Of a stretch of 64,000 nucleotides of DNA, positions 1 to 9,603 are shown one piece after another. The DNA lies in contig JAJECE010000050.1 in assembly GCA_022822185.1 (NCBI GenBank), positions 63,650 through 127,649 on the forward strand, given 5' to 3'. The first letter of the stretch is position 1; each line of letters opens with the position of its first letter. The notes beneath the pieces were generated by a model. It saw only the letters and a list, made by a program, of their open reading frames with translations, made no database searches and had not been told where the DNA came from. This DNA is from Rhodothermales bacterium. GTDB taxonomy: Bacteria > Bacteroidota > Rhodothermia > Rhodothermales > Bin80. Position numbers and translations under genes: made by a program.

Positions 1-1021
1 TCTTTCGATGGTTGCCGTTGCCTACTTTGAGTTTTTTGTGGACCTGCTTCCCTGGCAGGAAACTGTGATGGCGCTCAGTATTATTGCCGCTCTCTGCTAC
101 CTGAATTACACCGGGATCCAGCGTGCCAAAATCTATCAGAATTTTTCAACCGTCGTGAAAGCGGGCGGTCTCCTGCTTTTGGTGATCATTGCGCTGATCG
201 CCCTTCCAGGCAGCGAAAACAAACTTGGCGAGACAGCAGCCAGCCAAAGCAGACTTGGATTCACCGGGAGTATTGCCGACTCGTTACTTCTGGTTCTCTT
301 CACCCTGATTGGATGGGAGCGCCTTGGTTACGCGGCGGGCGAGATGAAAAACCCGAACCGATCCCTTCCCCGCGCACTGCTGATTGGATTTCTCATTGTA
401 TTCGTCCTTTACCTTGCCGTCAATATTGCCTATCACGGCATTGTAGGGCTGGAAGCCATTCGCGAAACCAACCGGGTTGGTGCTGACATGGCAACCATTC
501 TGTTAGGCCCCATTGGGGCAGGTGCCTTTGCGATTCTGGTGATGATTTCAGCCACGGGAAGCGTGAATGGGACGATCATTGCTGCGCCCAGAGTTTACTA
601 TGCGATGGCAAAGGACGGCATTTTCTTTAAGTGGCTTAACTATATCCATCCCAAATACCGCACTCCTTCCCGCGCAATCCTGCTTCAGTGTGGCTGGGGT
701 GCGGTCATTTTACTGGTCCGGGGATCTTTTGAAACGATTGTAACGGGGATGGTCTTTGTCATTCTGATCTTCTACGCCGTCACCACGATGGCATTGTTCG
801 TACTTCGACACCAAAATGTAGGGGGTGAGCATACGATTTTCAAGATGCCGGGATACCCTGTGCTCCCCGCCCTTTACCTGCTCCTCCTGGTGGCATTAAT
901 TCTTGTTCGCGGTACGCTGGACTGGCAGCAGTCTCTGATTGACTTATCCTTTGTACTTTCGGGGCTTCCTGCCGCAGCCTACTTCTTCTGGCGGCGACGG
1001 ACAGGTGCTGCCAGAGCGTAA
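1..1021 (+). CDS. APC-family amino acid permease (5' partial)
   Basis: Multiple TM helices; 'AGEMKNPNRSLPRA' and 'RVYYAMAKDG..F' APC motifs; the gene probably starts before the window. Confidence 0.85.
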   Translation, partial: LSMVAVAYFEFFVDLLPWQETVMALSIIAALCYLNYTGIQRAKIYQNFSTVVKAGGLLLLVIIALIALPGSENKLGETAASQSRLGFTGSIADSLLLVLFTLIGWERLGYAAGEMKNPNRSLPRALLIGFLIVFVLYLAVNIAYHGIVGLEAIRETNRVGADMATILLGPIGAGAFAILVMISATGSVNGTIIAAPRVYYAMAKDGIFFKWLNYIHPKYRTPSRAILLQCGWGAVILLVRGSFETIVTGMVFVILIFYAVTTMALFVLRHQNVGGEHTIFKMPGYPVLPALYLLLLVALILVRGTLDWQQSLIDLSFVLSGLPAAAYFFWRRRTGAARA

Positions 1022-1099
1022 CTACGCCGAACCAATCAAAGAACATTGTGATTTGATGTTCGCTAAAGCAACATTCCTGGAAATGTCCTCGCAGAGTAA

Positions 1100-1408
1100 T
1101 CAATTATCCGGCAGATCCCCGGAATCACTCGTTGAATTTTCGCAAAAATAGATCGGGGCTGGTGTCCAATGGCAGACTATACTCGTAATTTTTGAAGATG
1201 CAAAGCTCAATGCAAATGCAACCCCTACGATCAGAATAGACCAGCGGATAAACGTCTGTGTACTTTTATGAAATTTCCCGTACTCCTGACTGACTAAATT
1301 CCAGAGAGAATTGTTGGTCGTTGGATTGACGGTTTCCGGAGCGGGAAGACTGTCCACTTTATCTGGCCAATCAGCGGCGTCTTGCACCTCTACGGGATCA
1401 GAACTCAT
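1100..1408 (-). CDS. Small hypothetical protein with one C-terminal TM helix; possible partner (toxin?) of the Panacea antitoxin
   Basis: 102-aa ORF whose ATG overlaps the stop of the upstream Panacea C-terminal ORF (ATGA, 1405-1408). Confidence 0.5.
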   Translation of the reverse strand: MSSDPVEVQDAADWPDKVDSLPAPETVNPTTNNSLWNLVSQEYGKFHKSTQTFIRWSILIVGVAFALSFASSKITSIVCHWTPAPIYFCENSTSDSGDLPDN

Positions 1409-2119
1409 GCCTGCTGGTGCCTCTTCATCCGACTTCTGTAATAGGCATGAATGATCGGATCAGGAATAGGTATGTTGGGCATACTGGAAGTAAGCCCCCA
1501 TCTTTCCAGAACCCCCGGTTGGTGTCCCTGATAGCATTCATACCAGGGCGTTCCCACCTGATGCGTCAGCGTGATCAGTTGCCCTCCGCTATATCGTGTG
1601 TAATTCTCGTATACCCATTTTAGCCCTTTGACTACCTCTGGATGCTGTTTCTCGAATTCCACCAATTCGGAAGACCTAGTATCCCCGCGGCATCAAACCG
1701 GAATCGTAGTAACCATTGGATCGGACAATCTTTGCAAAAAAATCAAACACATTGATCGGTTGATCGCCATAGGATTTTAGCATGTGATAGACCCCTACGA
1801 CAACAGGCCCGTATTTCCAGGCCTGAATCTGGTTATTGCGATTATCAATGAGAGGTCTGCCGAAAACTCCCAGTATCCAGCCATGCGCAATATAGACCAG
1901 TTTATTGATCTGAAGTGGGGTTAAGGCTCTTCGATCATCCTTGAACGCAGAATGCAACATATACAGCACCACCTGCCCCTCCGGTAAATAGGGGGCATGA
2001 ATCATGCCGTTTTTGATCCCATTCGAACGAAGCGATGTGTCGGAATGCATAGAGATCTCATTCCCTGCCTGAGACCTAGATACTTGGGAGGATGAGGACT
2101 TCAGAGTCTCCCGTGCCAT
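1405..2119 (-). pseudogene. Panacea (SocA/DUF4065/GepA-like) antitoxin, split by a 1-bp frameshift near 1683-1686
   Basis: N-half 'LTPLQINKLVYIAHGW...QAWKYGPVV..VY'; C-half 'VYENY...GGQLITLTH..GTPW...IPDPIIHAYY' in the next frame; removing one G of a G4 run joins them (..MPRDTRSSELVEF..). Confidence 0.8.
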
Positions 2120-2130
2120 TTTGTAGAAGT

Positions 2131-2169
2131 ATTCGTACGCTTAGCGTAATATACGCAAACCGTACGAAT
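2131..2169. promoter_or_regulatory. Near-perfect 39-bp palindrome just upstream of the Panacea gene (candidate operator)
   Basis: ATTCGTACG-CTTA-GCGTA-ATA-TACGC-AAAC-CGTACGAAT. Confidence 0.45.
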
Positions 2170-2325
2170 GTGTTCCAGATCTGACTCGTTAAGGGCCATA
2201 TTCAATCCTGGGGAAGACCTTGATTAACGGAGGGACTGCACCATCATAGCGAATGAAACCCAAATCACGCATACTTCGTAAAGGGTTTGTTGCGGAGTAT
2301 CCACTGATAAATCTTAGTTTTACCC

Positions 2326-5070
2326 ATGAAACACATCCTATTCACCCTTGTAGCCCTGCTGCTCACCGCGCCAAGCGTCTGGGCACAAGAAGAAACAACG
2401 ATGCAAATACCCACGATCACATACGAAAAATTTCATCTGAGCAACGGACTGACCGTCATTGTCCATGAAGATGACAAGGCCCCTCTGGTGGCCGTAAATC
2501 TCTGGTATCATGTCGGATCAAAAAATGAACCAGAGGGACAAAGCGGATTCGCGCATCTGTTTGAGCATCTGATGTTCAACGGTTCCGAGAATTTTAACGA
2601 CGACTATTTCCAGGTGCTGGAACGACTTGGGGCAACCGACCTGAATGGCACAACCAGCAGGGACCGCACCAACTATTTTCAGACGGTACCCAAAAATGCC
2701 GTGGATCTGGTGTTATGGATGGAATCGGATCGAATGGGACATCTCCTCGGTGCGATTGATCAGGCCAAACTTGACGAGCAGCGCGGAGTCGTACAGAATG
2801 AAAAACGTCAGGGCGAAAACGCCCCGTATGGCCAAGTCTTCAATCACATTACAAAAGCAACCTACCCCGAAGGACATCCCTATGCCCACACCGTGATTGG
2901 ATCCATGGATGATTTGAATGCTGCCGAACTGGAGGATGTACAGGAATGGTTCAATGCCTACTATGGCCCCAATAATGCCGTCATCTCCATTGCAGGAGAT
3001 ATCACCGTGAGTGAAGCGCGGACACTGACCGAAAAATATTTTGGGAATATCCCACCTGGACCTCCAGTATCGCAGTTTGATACATGGGTTGCAAAACGTA
3101 CCGGTGAACAGCGTGAGAGCATGCAGGATCGTGTGCCGCAGGCACGGGTCTACAAGGTCTGGAATGTCCCCGAGCGCTATACCAACGATTTTCACCTGCT
3201 GGATCTTGCTTCAAGCGTCCTGTCTAGTGGCAAGAACTCAAGATTCTACAAGCGCCTCGTTTATACCGACCAGATTGCAACCAATGCCAGCGCCTACCTC
3301 TATTCGGGCAGCATTGGCAGTCAGTTTATCATCGATGCAACCGCCCGCCCCGACGTGTCCCTTGAGGAGGTCGAAACAGCCCTTGATGAAGAATTGGCAA
3401 CCTTTCTCACCGATGGGCCAACTCCCGAAGAACTCCGCCGGATCATAACACAGGAGAAAGCGAGTTTTATTTACGGGATGGAACGGATTGGCGGCTTTGG
3501 TGGAAAGTCGGATATCCTGGCATCCTCCGAGATTTACGGAGGAAGTCCTGACGCATATCTCCAATCATTCAAGGACAAAGATGCCGCGACTCCTGAGGAT
3601 GTTCGGCAGGCAGCCGAAAGATGGCTCTCGGACGGCGTTTATGTGATGGAAGTCCATCCGTTCCCCGAACTTGCGGCAACCGCAGAAGCAGTGGACCGGT
3701 CAGCGCTACCGGAAACCGGCCCCGAACCGGATGTAAAATTCCCTGAATTGCACCGGGCAACACTCAGTAACGGACTAGAGATTATTCTCGCAGAACGCAG
3801 TACAATCCCTTCGGTAAATCTTACCCTGATGCTTGATGCAGGCTACGCCTCGGATCAGGGAATCGCCCCGGGAACCGCCAGTATGGTGATGTCTATGCTG
3901 GATGAGGGCACCACCAGCCTCACCGCTCTGGAAATTAATGATCGTATCGCAAACCTGGGCGCAAACCTGAGCACCGGCACTGGACTAGATGGCTCATTTG
4001 TAAGTCTGGTCTCCCTGACCGCCAACCTGGAACCGAGCCTGGATCTCTTTGCAGATGTGATTCTTAACCCCTCCTTTACAGATTCGGAATTTGACCGGTT
4101 GAAAGGAGAACGACTTGCAGGCATTCAGAGGGAAAAAGTCAACCCGGTGCAGATGGCCCTGCGGGTCATGCCTGCACTCTATTACGGAACCGATCATGCC
4201 TACAGTAACCCGCTGACCGGCAGCGGCACCGAAGAATCGGTTACCAATATGACTCGTGAGGATCTTCTAACCTATCACAGCACCTGGTTCAAGCCAAATA
4301 ATGCGACTCTGATCGTTGTAGGAGATATTAACCTGGATGCCATTGTGCCACTTCTGGAGGCCCGCTTAGGCGACTGGGAACCCGCAGAGGTCCCTGCAAA
4401 AAATATAGCTTCCGTTCAGAACGAAGGCGGTTCACGCGTCTATCTGATGAACCGCCCTGAATCGCAGCAGTCCATTATTCTGGCCGGCCACCTTGCACCG
4501 CCCCGAAATACGCCGAACAATATCGGGATTGAGACAATGAATACCGTCCTCGGGGGCAACTTTGTTTCACGTATCAATATGAATCTGCGTGAAGATAAGG
4601 GTTGGTCCTACGGAGCAAGTTCCTTGCTGCTTGCAGCCCGCGGTCAGCGCCCCTTCCTGGTGTATGCTCCCGTACAAACGGACAAGACCAAGGAATCCAT
4701 GATGGAGATCAAAGGCGAATTGGAAGGCATCCTCGGGGACAGCCCTGCAACGGAAGAGGAGGTTCTGAAAGCACAGGAAAGCCAGACTCTGGCACTCCCG
4801 GGACTGTGGGAAACCAACGGATCCGTTGCAGGAAGTATCCAGAACCTTGTCCAGTATGATTTGCCGGAAAATTACTACGAAACGTATCCCGGCAAGGTAC
4901 GTGCGCTGAATGTGAATACCATTGCATCCGCGGCCGAAGAAGTGCTGCAACCCAGTGACATGATCTGGCTGATCGTCGGCGATTTAAAGGTCATTGAGTC
5001 CAGCGTTCGGGAATTGGGCTACGGCCCGGTAGTCCGACTGGATACGGAAGGAAACATTATCGACAACTGA
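2326..5070 (+). CDS. Secreted M16 (pitrilysin/insulinase) zinc peptidase, fused two-half type
   Basis: Signal peptide; HxxEH motif 'AHLFEHLMF'; second half with 'SRINMNLREDKGWSYG'. Confidence 0.92.
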   Translation: MKHILFTLVALLLTAPSVWAQEETTMQIPTITYEKFHLSNGLTVIVHEDDKAPLVAVNLWYHVGSKNEPEGQSGFAHLFEHLMFNGSENFNDDYFQVLERLGATDLNGTTSRDRTNYFQTVPKNAVDLVLWMESDRMGHLLGAIDQAKLDEQRGVVQNEKRQGENAPYGQVFNHITKATYPEGHPYAHTVIGSMDDLNAAELEDVQEWFNAYYGPNNAVISIAGDITVSEARTLTEKYFGNIPPGPPVSQFDTWVAKRTGEQRESMQDRVPQARVYKVWNVPERYTNDFHLLDLASSVLSSGKNSRFYKRLVYTDQIATNASAYLYSGSIGSQFIIDATARPDVSLEEVETALDEELATFLTDGPTPEELRRIITQEKASFIYGMERIGGFGGKSDILASSEIYGGSPDAYLQSFKDKDAATPEDVRQAAERWLSDGVYVMEVHPFPELAATAEAVDRSALPETGPEPDVKFPELHRATLSNGLEIILAERSTIPSVNLTLMLDAGYASDQGIAPGTASMVMSMLDEGTTSLTALEINDRIANLGANLSTGTGLDGSFVSLVSLTANLEPSLDLFADVILNPSFTDSEFDRLKGERLAGIQREKVNPVQMALRVMPALYYGTDHAYSNPLTGSGTEESVTNMTREDLLTYHSTWFKPNNATLIVVGDINLDAIVPLLEARLGDWEPAEVPAKNIASVQNEGGSRVYLMNRPESQQSIILAGHLAPPRNTPNNIGIETMNTVLGGNFVSRINMNLREDKGWSYGASSLLLAARGQRPFLVYAPVQTDKTKESMMEIKGELEGILGDSPATEEEVLKAQESQTLALPGLWETNGSVAGSIQNLVQYDLPENYYETYPGKVRALNVNTIASAAEEVLQPSDMIWLIVGDLKVIESSVRELGYGPVVRLDTEGNIIDN

Positions 5071-5077
5071 CATCCAA

Positions 5078-5110
5078 TCCGGGCCGGGGGCCCAAAGCCC
5101 TCGGCCTGGA
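5078..5110. terminator. GC-rich hairpin after the M16 peptidase gene, between convergent genes
   Basis: TCCGGGCCGGGGGC-ccaaa-GCCCTCGGCCTGGA; no strong U-tract. Confidence 0.5.
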
Positions 5111-5239
5111 ATCGTCCGACAATCATTCACCGGTGCTCCGCATCGTCAGTGCTCTGCAAGTTCATTAACTCCACTCTTCCTGTGTGTCTCACACGGCGAT
5201 GACCGCAGCGATTACTCACCGCCCTTCTATCTCCGCCTC

Positions 5240-6475
5240 CTACTCACTTTCCTCAGACGAGGCCGATGCGCCGCTCAGCATTGCGGCAACATCAATGCCG
5301 GTTGATGCTTTGAGGCTTTCCAATAAAGCCGGCGTTGATCCAGCAATCTGATTAAATACGGACGGAACCCCGGTCCCGTTGCCACTGTCAACGACCGTGA
5401 GTTTGTCAATTGAGAGATTGTCCACGGTCTGAACGACCTGTTTCAGGATATCCGGCAACATCTGGATCAGAAATAACCGCTCGGCATTGGGGCCCGCCTC
5501 TTGCCAGAGTTTCAATTTCTGGCGTAGAACTTCCACTTCTGCCTGCCCATCTTCAAAGATCCGGGCGGCATTCCCTTTTGCAATTTCCTCTTTTGCCTGA
5601 CGCTCTGCCTCCGCAGCCACAATTACCTCTGCCCGCTGTCTCTTCTCTGCGAGTTTGATCTCTTCCATTGCGAGCTGCTGCCGGGCCTGTGCGGCCGACA
5701 CTTCGGCGGCAACATCAATCCGCGCCTCCTCTGCGGCACTTTTCGCCGACAGTTGCGCCTTCAGGATACGCAGATCATTTTCTGCCTGTTCAATGCTCTT
5801 GTCCGCATTCGTTTCTGCGAGTCTTGCCTGTTCGCGTTTCTCCGCTTCCGCAACACGCGCTGCGGCAATAATGTGTGCGGACTGCTGCCGCCCGATTGCA
5901 TCCAGATAGCCTGCATCATCCTCAACACTCTGGATTTTCATGGTGTCAAGCTGCAGACCCAGATTACTTAAGTCAATATCGGCCTCGGCCAGAAGTTCTT
6001 TTGCAAATTTCAGACGATCCTCATTCACTTCTTCCGGTGTGAGCGTTGCCAGTACGCCCCGCAGATTCCCTTCCAGAGTTTCTTTTGCAATCATCTGAAT
6101 TTCGTGTGGATCTTTCCCCAGAAGCCGCTCAACCGCGTTCGCGAGCTCCGCTTCATTGGAGGCAACTTTAACATTGGCAATCGCCCGCACCGTAAGCGGG
6201 ATGCCTCCTTTCGAGTAAGCATTCTGAACCGTCAAATCTAGAGGGATGGTGTTCAGACGAATCCTTTCCACCTGCTCGATGATGGGAATCCTGAACCCGC
6301 GCCCTCCCTTGATGAACCGGTAGCCTACTTTGGTTCCATCTTCCATACGACGCCTGCGCCCGCTGAAGATCAGGACCTCATTGGGTTGACAGATTTTTAA
6401 ATTGGCTCGCACAATGCCAAACACCACGAAGATGGCCGTGACGAGCACTCCACTAATAACAATGATGGCTTCCAT
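5240..6475 (-). CDS. Flotillin-like SPFH-domain protein
   Basis: N-terminal TM, SPFH domain ('TLEGNLRGVLATLTPEEVNEDR'), AEA-rich coiled coil. Confidence 0.9.
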   Translation of the reverse strand: MEAIIVISGVLVTAIFVVFGIVRANLKICQPNEVLIFSGRRRRMEDGTKVGYRFIKGGRGFRIPIIEQVERIRLNTIPLDLTVQNAYSKGGIPLTVRAIANVKVASNEAELANAVERLLGKDPHEIQMIAKETLEGNLRGVLATLTPEEVNEDRLKFAKELLAEADIDLSNLGLQLDTMKIQSVEDDAGYLDAIGRQQSAHIIAAARVAEAEKREQARLAETNADKSIEQAENDLRILKAQLSAKSAAEEARIDVAAEVSAAQARQQLAMEEIKLAEKRQRAEVIVAAEAERQAKEEIAKGNAARIFEDGQAEVEVLRQKLKLWQEAGPNAERLFLIQMLPDILKQVVQTVDNLSIDKLTVVDSGNGTGVPSVFNQIAGSTPALLESLKASTGIDVAAMLSGASASSEESE

Positions 6476-6745
6476 TTTGATTTTTTATGAATAACAGTGG
6501 ACACCTTCCATGCCGCTAACAGAAAACTGCAATCCAGTTCTATACGAGAATGGAAACTACACCCTTAATATAGAACAGGGAATTTTTAGTTCGTCTCCGC
6601 AGCTGCGACCGCATGTGCCGTAATAAGAATACAGAATCCTGGGGAATTTTTTCCGAATTGAAGAGGAATGGAGATTGCTCTATGCGATAGCACCGCCTGT
6701 CTTGAACACATCCCCCATCCACAATAGATTACAACTTTGAAAATG

Positions 6746-7288
6746 CTATGTTTTCAATACCTCCGCCACCGCTCCCTCCATACGGACGACAACCACCTCC
6801 TCGCCTTGCTCAAAGACATCTTCGGCACCTTCAAATCCACGCGCTTTGAATTGCATACGCTGCCCTTTCGCCACCAGAACGATTTTTCCCACATCCGAGC
6901 GCCCGAATGGAATAATCACCTCGGCCGTCCGACCCGTAAGATCCGAAGCCGTAACCTCGCTGGAAACATGTGCATATCCGATCCGCTTGATCAGATAACT
7001 CCCGCCGGTTCCAACCGTTAAACCAACAGTCAGGGACACAAACAGTCGTACGATCTCATGTACATTCGCAAGGGATAACAGTACCCCGCACATGCCAAAG
7101 AATGCCGCGAACAGGAATATTGTACGTACCGAAAACAGATCAACCCAACCCGCCCCTACATCCGAATCCACATCCAGATCTGTCTCCATGTCCAGATCCG
7201 AATCCATATCCGAGTCGCCTCCACCGATCATGGAAAGCACAACAAATACTCCACCGACAATGAGGCTGATCCAATATAATGCGTCCAT
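6746..7288 (-). CDS. NfeD-like (YuaF-type) membrane partner of flotillin
   Basis: Three TM helices, Asp-rich linker, C-terminal OB-like domain; lies upstream of flotillin. Confidence 0.85.
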   Translation of the reverse strand: MDALYWISLIVGGVFVVLSMIGGGDSDMDSDLDMETDLDVDSDVGAGWVDLFSVRTIFLFAAFFGMCGVLLSLANVHEIVRLFVSLTVGLTVGTGGSYLIKRIGYAHVSSEVTASDLTGRTAEVIIPFGRSDVGKIVLVAKGQRMQFKARGFEGAEDVFEQGEEVVVVRMEGAVAEVLKT

Positions 7289-7316
7289 TCCAGATCATGT
7301 GCAGGGTTCATCCCTA

Positions 7317-7343
7317 CAACCGAGTAGCACGCCAAGGGATCCC
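7317..7343 (-). promoter_or_regulatory. Possible ECF-type promoter for nfeD-flotillin
   Basis: Minus strand GGGAT-N18-GTTG about 30 nt upstream of the ATG; resembles GGAAT-N18-GTT ECF promoters. Confidence 0.25.
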
Positions 7344-7710
7344 ATTACTCCCACCTTTCTTGATCTATTATTCGATCTGCCCCGCTGTAGGCAGGAACGC
7401 ATGCACTCCAAAAGCCCCTATTGCTGCAAAAAGCCGAGGTATCTGGAAAAACAATCCAGATACCCCGGCTGAATATGGCCGATTCGGGGGAACCAAAACA
7501 GGCACTCCAAGGCAGCGCACCGAATGAGTTATCGGACGTTTCGGTATTCGTGCCTACCGGCATTTCACAACGCCTGAGATGGCTCCGAACCCGTCCTATC
7601 GCGATTGGCTTTCTGGCCGGTTTGCTTCTTTTGAAACAGAACAGCCACAGGCATGCAGAGGGAGATCCCAGGCTTTTTCTGCATGATACCGTGCATGATT
7701 GTTCTCCCGG

Positions 7711-8061
7711 TTAACGTACAGGAGTCACCGCAGCCATATCCTCTTCTCTGGTGCGAACACGAATCACGCGCTCAACCGGTAAGACGAAAATCTTACCGTC
7801 ACCGACATTGCCGGTAAAGGCGCTTTTACAGATTGCATCCACAGCGATGTCAACAAAATCATCAGAGATACCGATGTCAATCATGATCTTGTCCTGTAAT
7901 TCCATTTTTGCGGTCGTCCCGCGATACGTTCCAACCACTTCAACCTCACCGCCATGTCCGCGCACATTCGATACGGTGAGTCCAGTAATATCTGCTGCAT
8001 AGAGAGCACGAAGTACATCCGACAGAGTTGAGGGTCGGACAATTGCTTTTACGAGTTTCAT
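7711..8061 (-). CDS. glnK: P-II nitrogen regulatory protein
   Basis: 'MKLVKAIVRP', 'TGNVGDGKIFV'; adjacent to amtB. Confidence 0.9.
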   Translation of the reverse strand: MKLVKAIVRPSTLSDVLRALYAADITGLTVSNVRGHGGEVEVVGTYRGTTAKMELQDKIMIDIGISDDFVDIAVDAICKSAFTGNVGDGKIFVLPVERVIRVRTREEDMAAVTPVR

Positions 8062-8075
8062 TTTGATTGATTTTA

Positions 8076-9437
8076 TTAACTGCCGTTTTTGATACCGTTG
8101 ACGCGGGCAGGGGCCTCCAGTTCATTCAACAGAACCGCCCCTTCTCCTGTCGCATAGGCTTCTTCTCCATGTGCGACAAGATCCATTCCCAGGCCTTCAT
8201 CGGACGATTCCGCCCGCAAACCACCGGTCACCATCCCAAGCACTTTCAATATACCAAAGGTCAAGCCGCCGCTATACACCGCAACTGCGCCAATTGATAA
8301 TGCCTGGATTCCCAACTGCCCAAATTCGCCGCTGAAAAACAAGCCCCCATCCTCTGTGAACAAAGGTGAAGCCAGCATTCCGGTCAACAGCGCCCCCATG
8401 ATTCCTCCCATACCGTGCGCCGCAAACACATCCAGCGAGTCATCCAGGCTGGTTCTTGTACGCCATTTGATGATGAAATAACTCGGAATTACCGCAACTG
8501 CACCTAAGATGATCGCCCCGCCAGGGCTCACAAAGCCTGCGGCCGGTGTAATGGCCACCAGCCCCACCACAATCCCGGTCGCAATCCCGACTGCAGTGAC
8601 CTTCCCTGTCGTAAACTGATCCAGAAGCGTCCAGACAAAGACCCCTGCTGCCGGAGCAAGGAGGGTATTTACAAGCGCCAGTGCAGCAATCCCATCTGCT
8701 GCGAGCGCACTCCCGCCATTAAATCCAAACCACCCAAACCAGAGAATTCCAGCTCCCAGAAGCACAAAGGGTACATTGTGCGGAAGAAGGGCCTCCCGGC
8801 CATAATCTTTTCGCGGCCCCAGCACCAGTGCAGCAACCACCGCGGCAACTCCTGCGTTAACATGAACCACTGCACCACCGGCAAAGTCTAACGCGCCGAG
8901 TTCCCCAAGCCAGCCGCCTCCCCATACCCAGTGGCATACCGGTGCATACACAATCAAGCCCCAGAGGCCAATGAAAATGACGTAAGGGATGAACTTCATC
9001 CGCTCCACGACTGCACCAGAAATAAGTGCGGCAGTAATGATGGCAAACGTTCCCTGAAATCCCATGAACAGAAGATCCGGGATGCTGCCATTCGGATCCA
9101 GCCCGACACCTGTCAGGAAAGACATCGAAAAATCACCCATCCAGGCACTCCCCTCCCCAAAGGCAATGGAATACCCGGCAATGGCCCATAGCGTGCCGGA
9201 AACCCCCAGCGCGACAAAACTCATCATCATGGTGTTGAGGGCATTCTTGGAACGGACAAGTCCCCCATAAAAGAATGCCAGCCCAGGGGTCATCAGCAAT
9301 ACAAGCGCCGTGGAAATCAGTAACCACGACGTATCTGCGCCGCTGATCGCAGGGACAGCTTCCGCTTCCTGAGCGAACGCTGAAAGAGGCATTAGCAGAC
9401 CCAATCCTGCTAATGTGCAAAGCATTTTATTAAGCAT
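8076..9437 (-). CDS. amtB: Ammonium transporter
   Basis: 'LMTPGLAFFYGG', 'DFAGGAVVH', 'WFGWFGFNGGS', 'DDSLDVFAAHG'; likely start MLNKM at 9437. Confidence 0.95.
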   Translation of the reverse strand: MLNKMLCTLAGLGLLMPLSAFAQEAEAVPAISGADTSWLLISTALVLLMTPGLAFFYGGLVRSKNALNTMMMSFVALGVSGTLWAIAGYSIAFGEGSAWMGDFSMSFLTGVGLDPNGSIPDLLFMGFQGTFAIITAALISGAVVERMKFIPYVIFIGLWGLIVYAPVCHWVWGGGWLGELGALDFAGGAVVHVNAGVAAVVAALVLGPRKDYGREALLPHNVPFVLLGAGILWFGWFGFNGGSALAADGIAALALVNTLLAPAAGVFVWTLLDQFTTGKVTAVGIATGIVVGLVAITPAAGFVSPGGAIILGAVAVIPSYFIIKWRTRTSLDDSLDVFAAHGMGGIMGALLTGMLASPLFTEDGGLFFSGEFGQLGIQALSIGAVAVYSGGLTFGILKVLGMVTGGLRAESSDEGLGMDLVAHGEEAYATGEGAVLLNELEAPARVNGIKNGS

Positions 9438-9520
9438 TGAAACCAAATTTATTAAGGAATAAAGAAGTTGAAACCTTAATAAATTAGGAAAAAGAATTGA
9501 AAAATCCAAATAATTAAGGA
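9437..9520. promoter_or_regulatory. Three ~31-bp tandem units with palindromic CC-(A/T-rich)-GG core directly upstream of amtB
   Basis: CCAAATTTATTAAGG (9443), CCTTAATAAATTAGG (9474), TCCAAATAATTAAGG (9505); each preceded by TTGAAA. Confidence 0.55.
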
Positions 9521-9603
9521 TTTTTATCCTTTTTTCTGAATACTTTCAGCAAAAACCTTGTGTTTGCGGGTCACAGGCATCTCCACGGGTTTTGATTTTT
9601 GTC

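Noticed and set aside
9437-9520. 31-bp repeats as a mini CRISPR array
   Set aside because: Degenerate tandem units with no unique spacers and no cas genes
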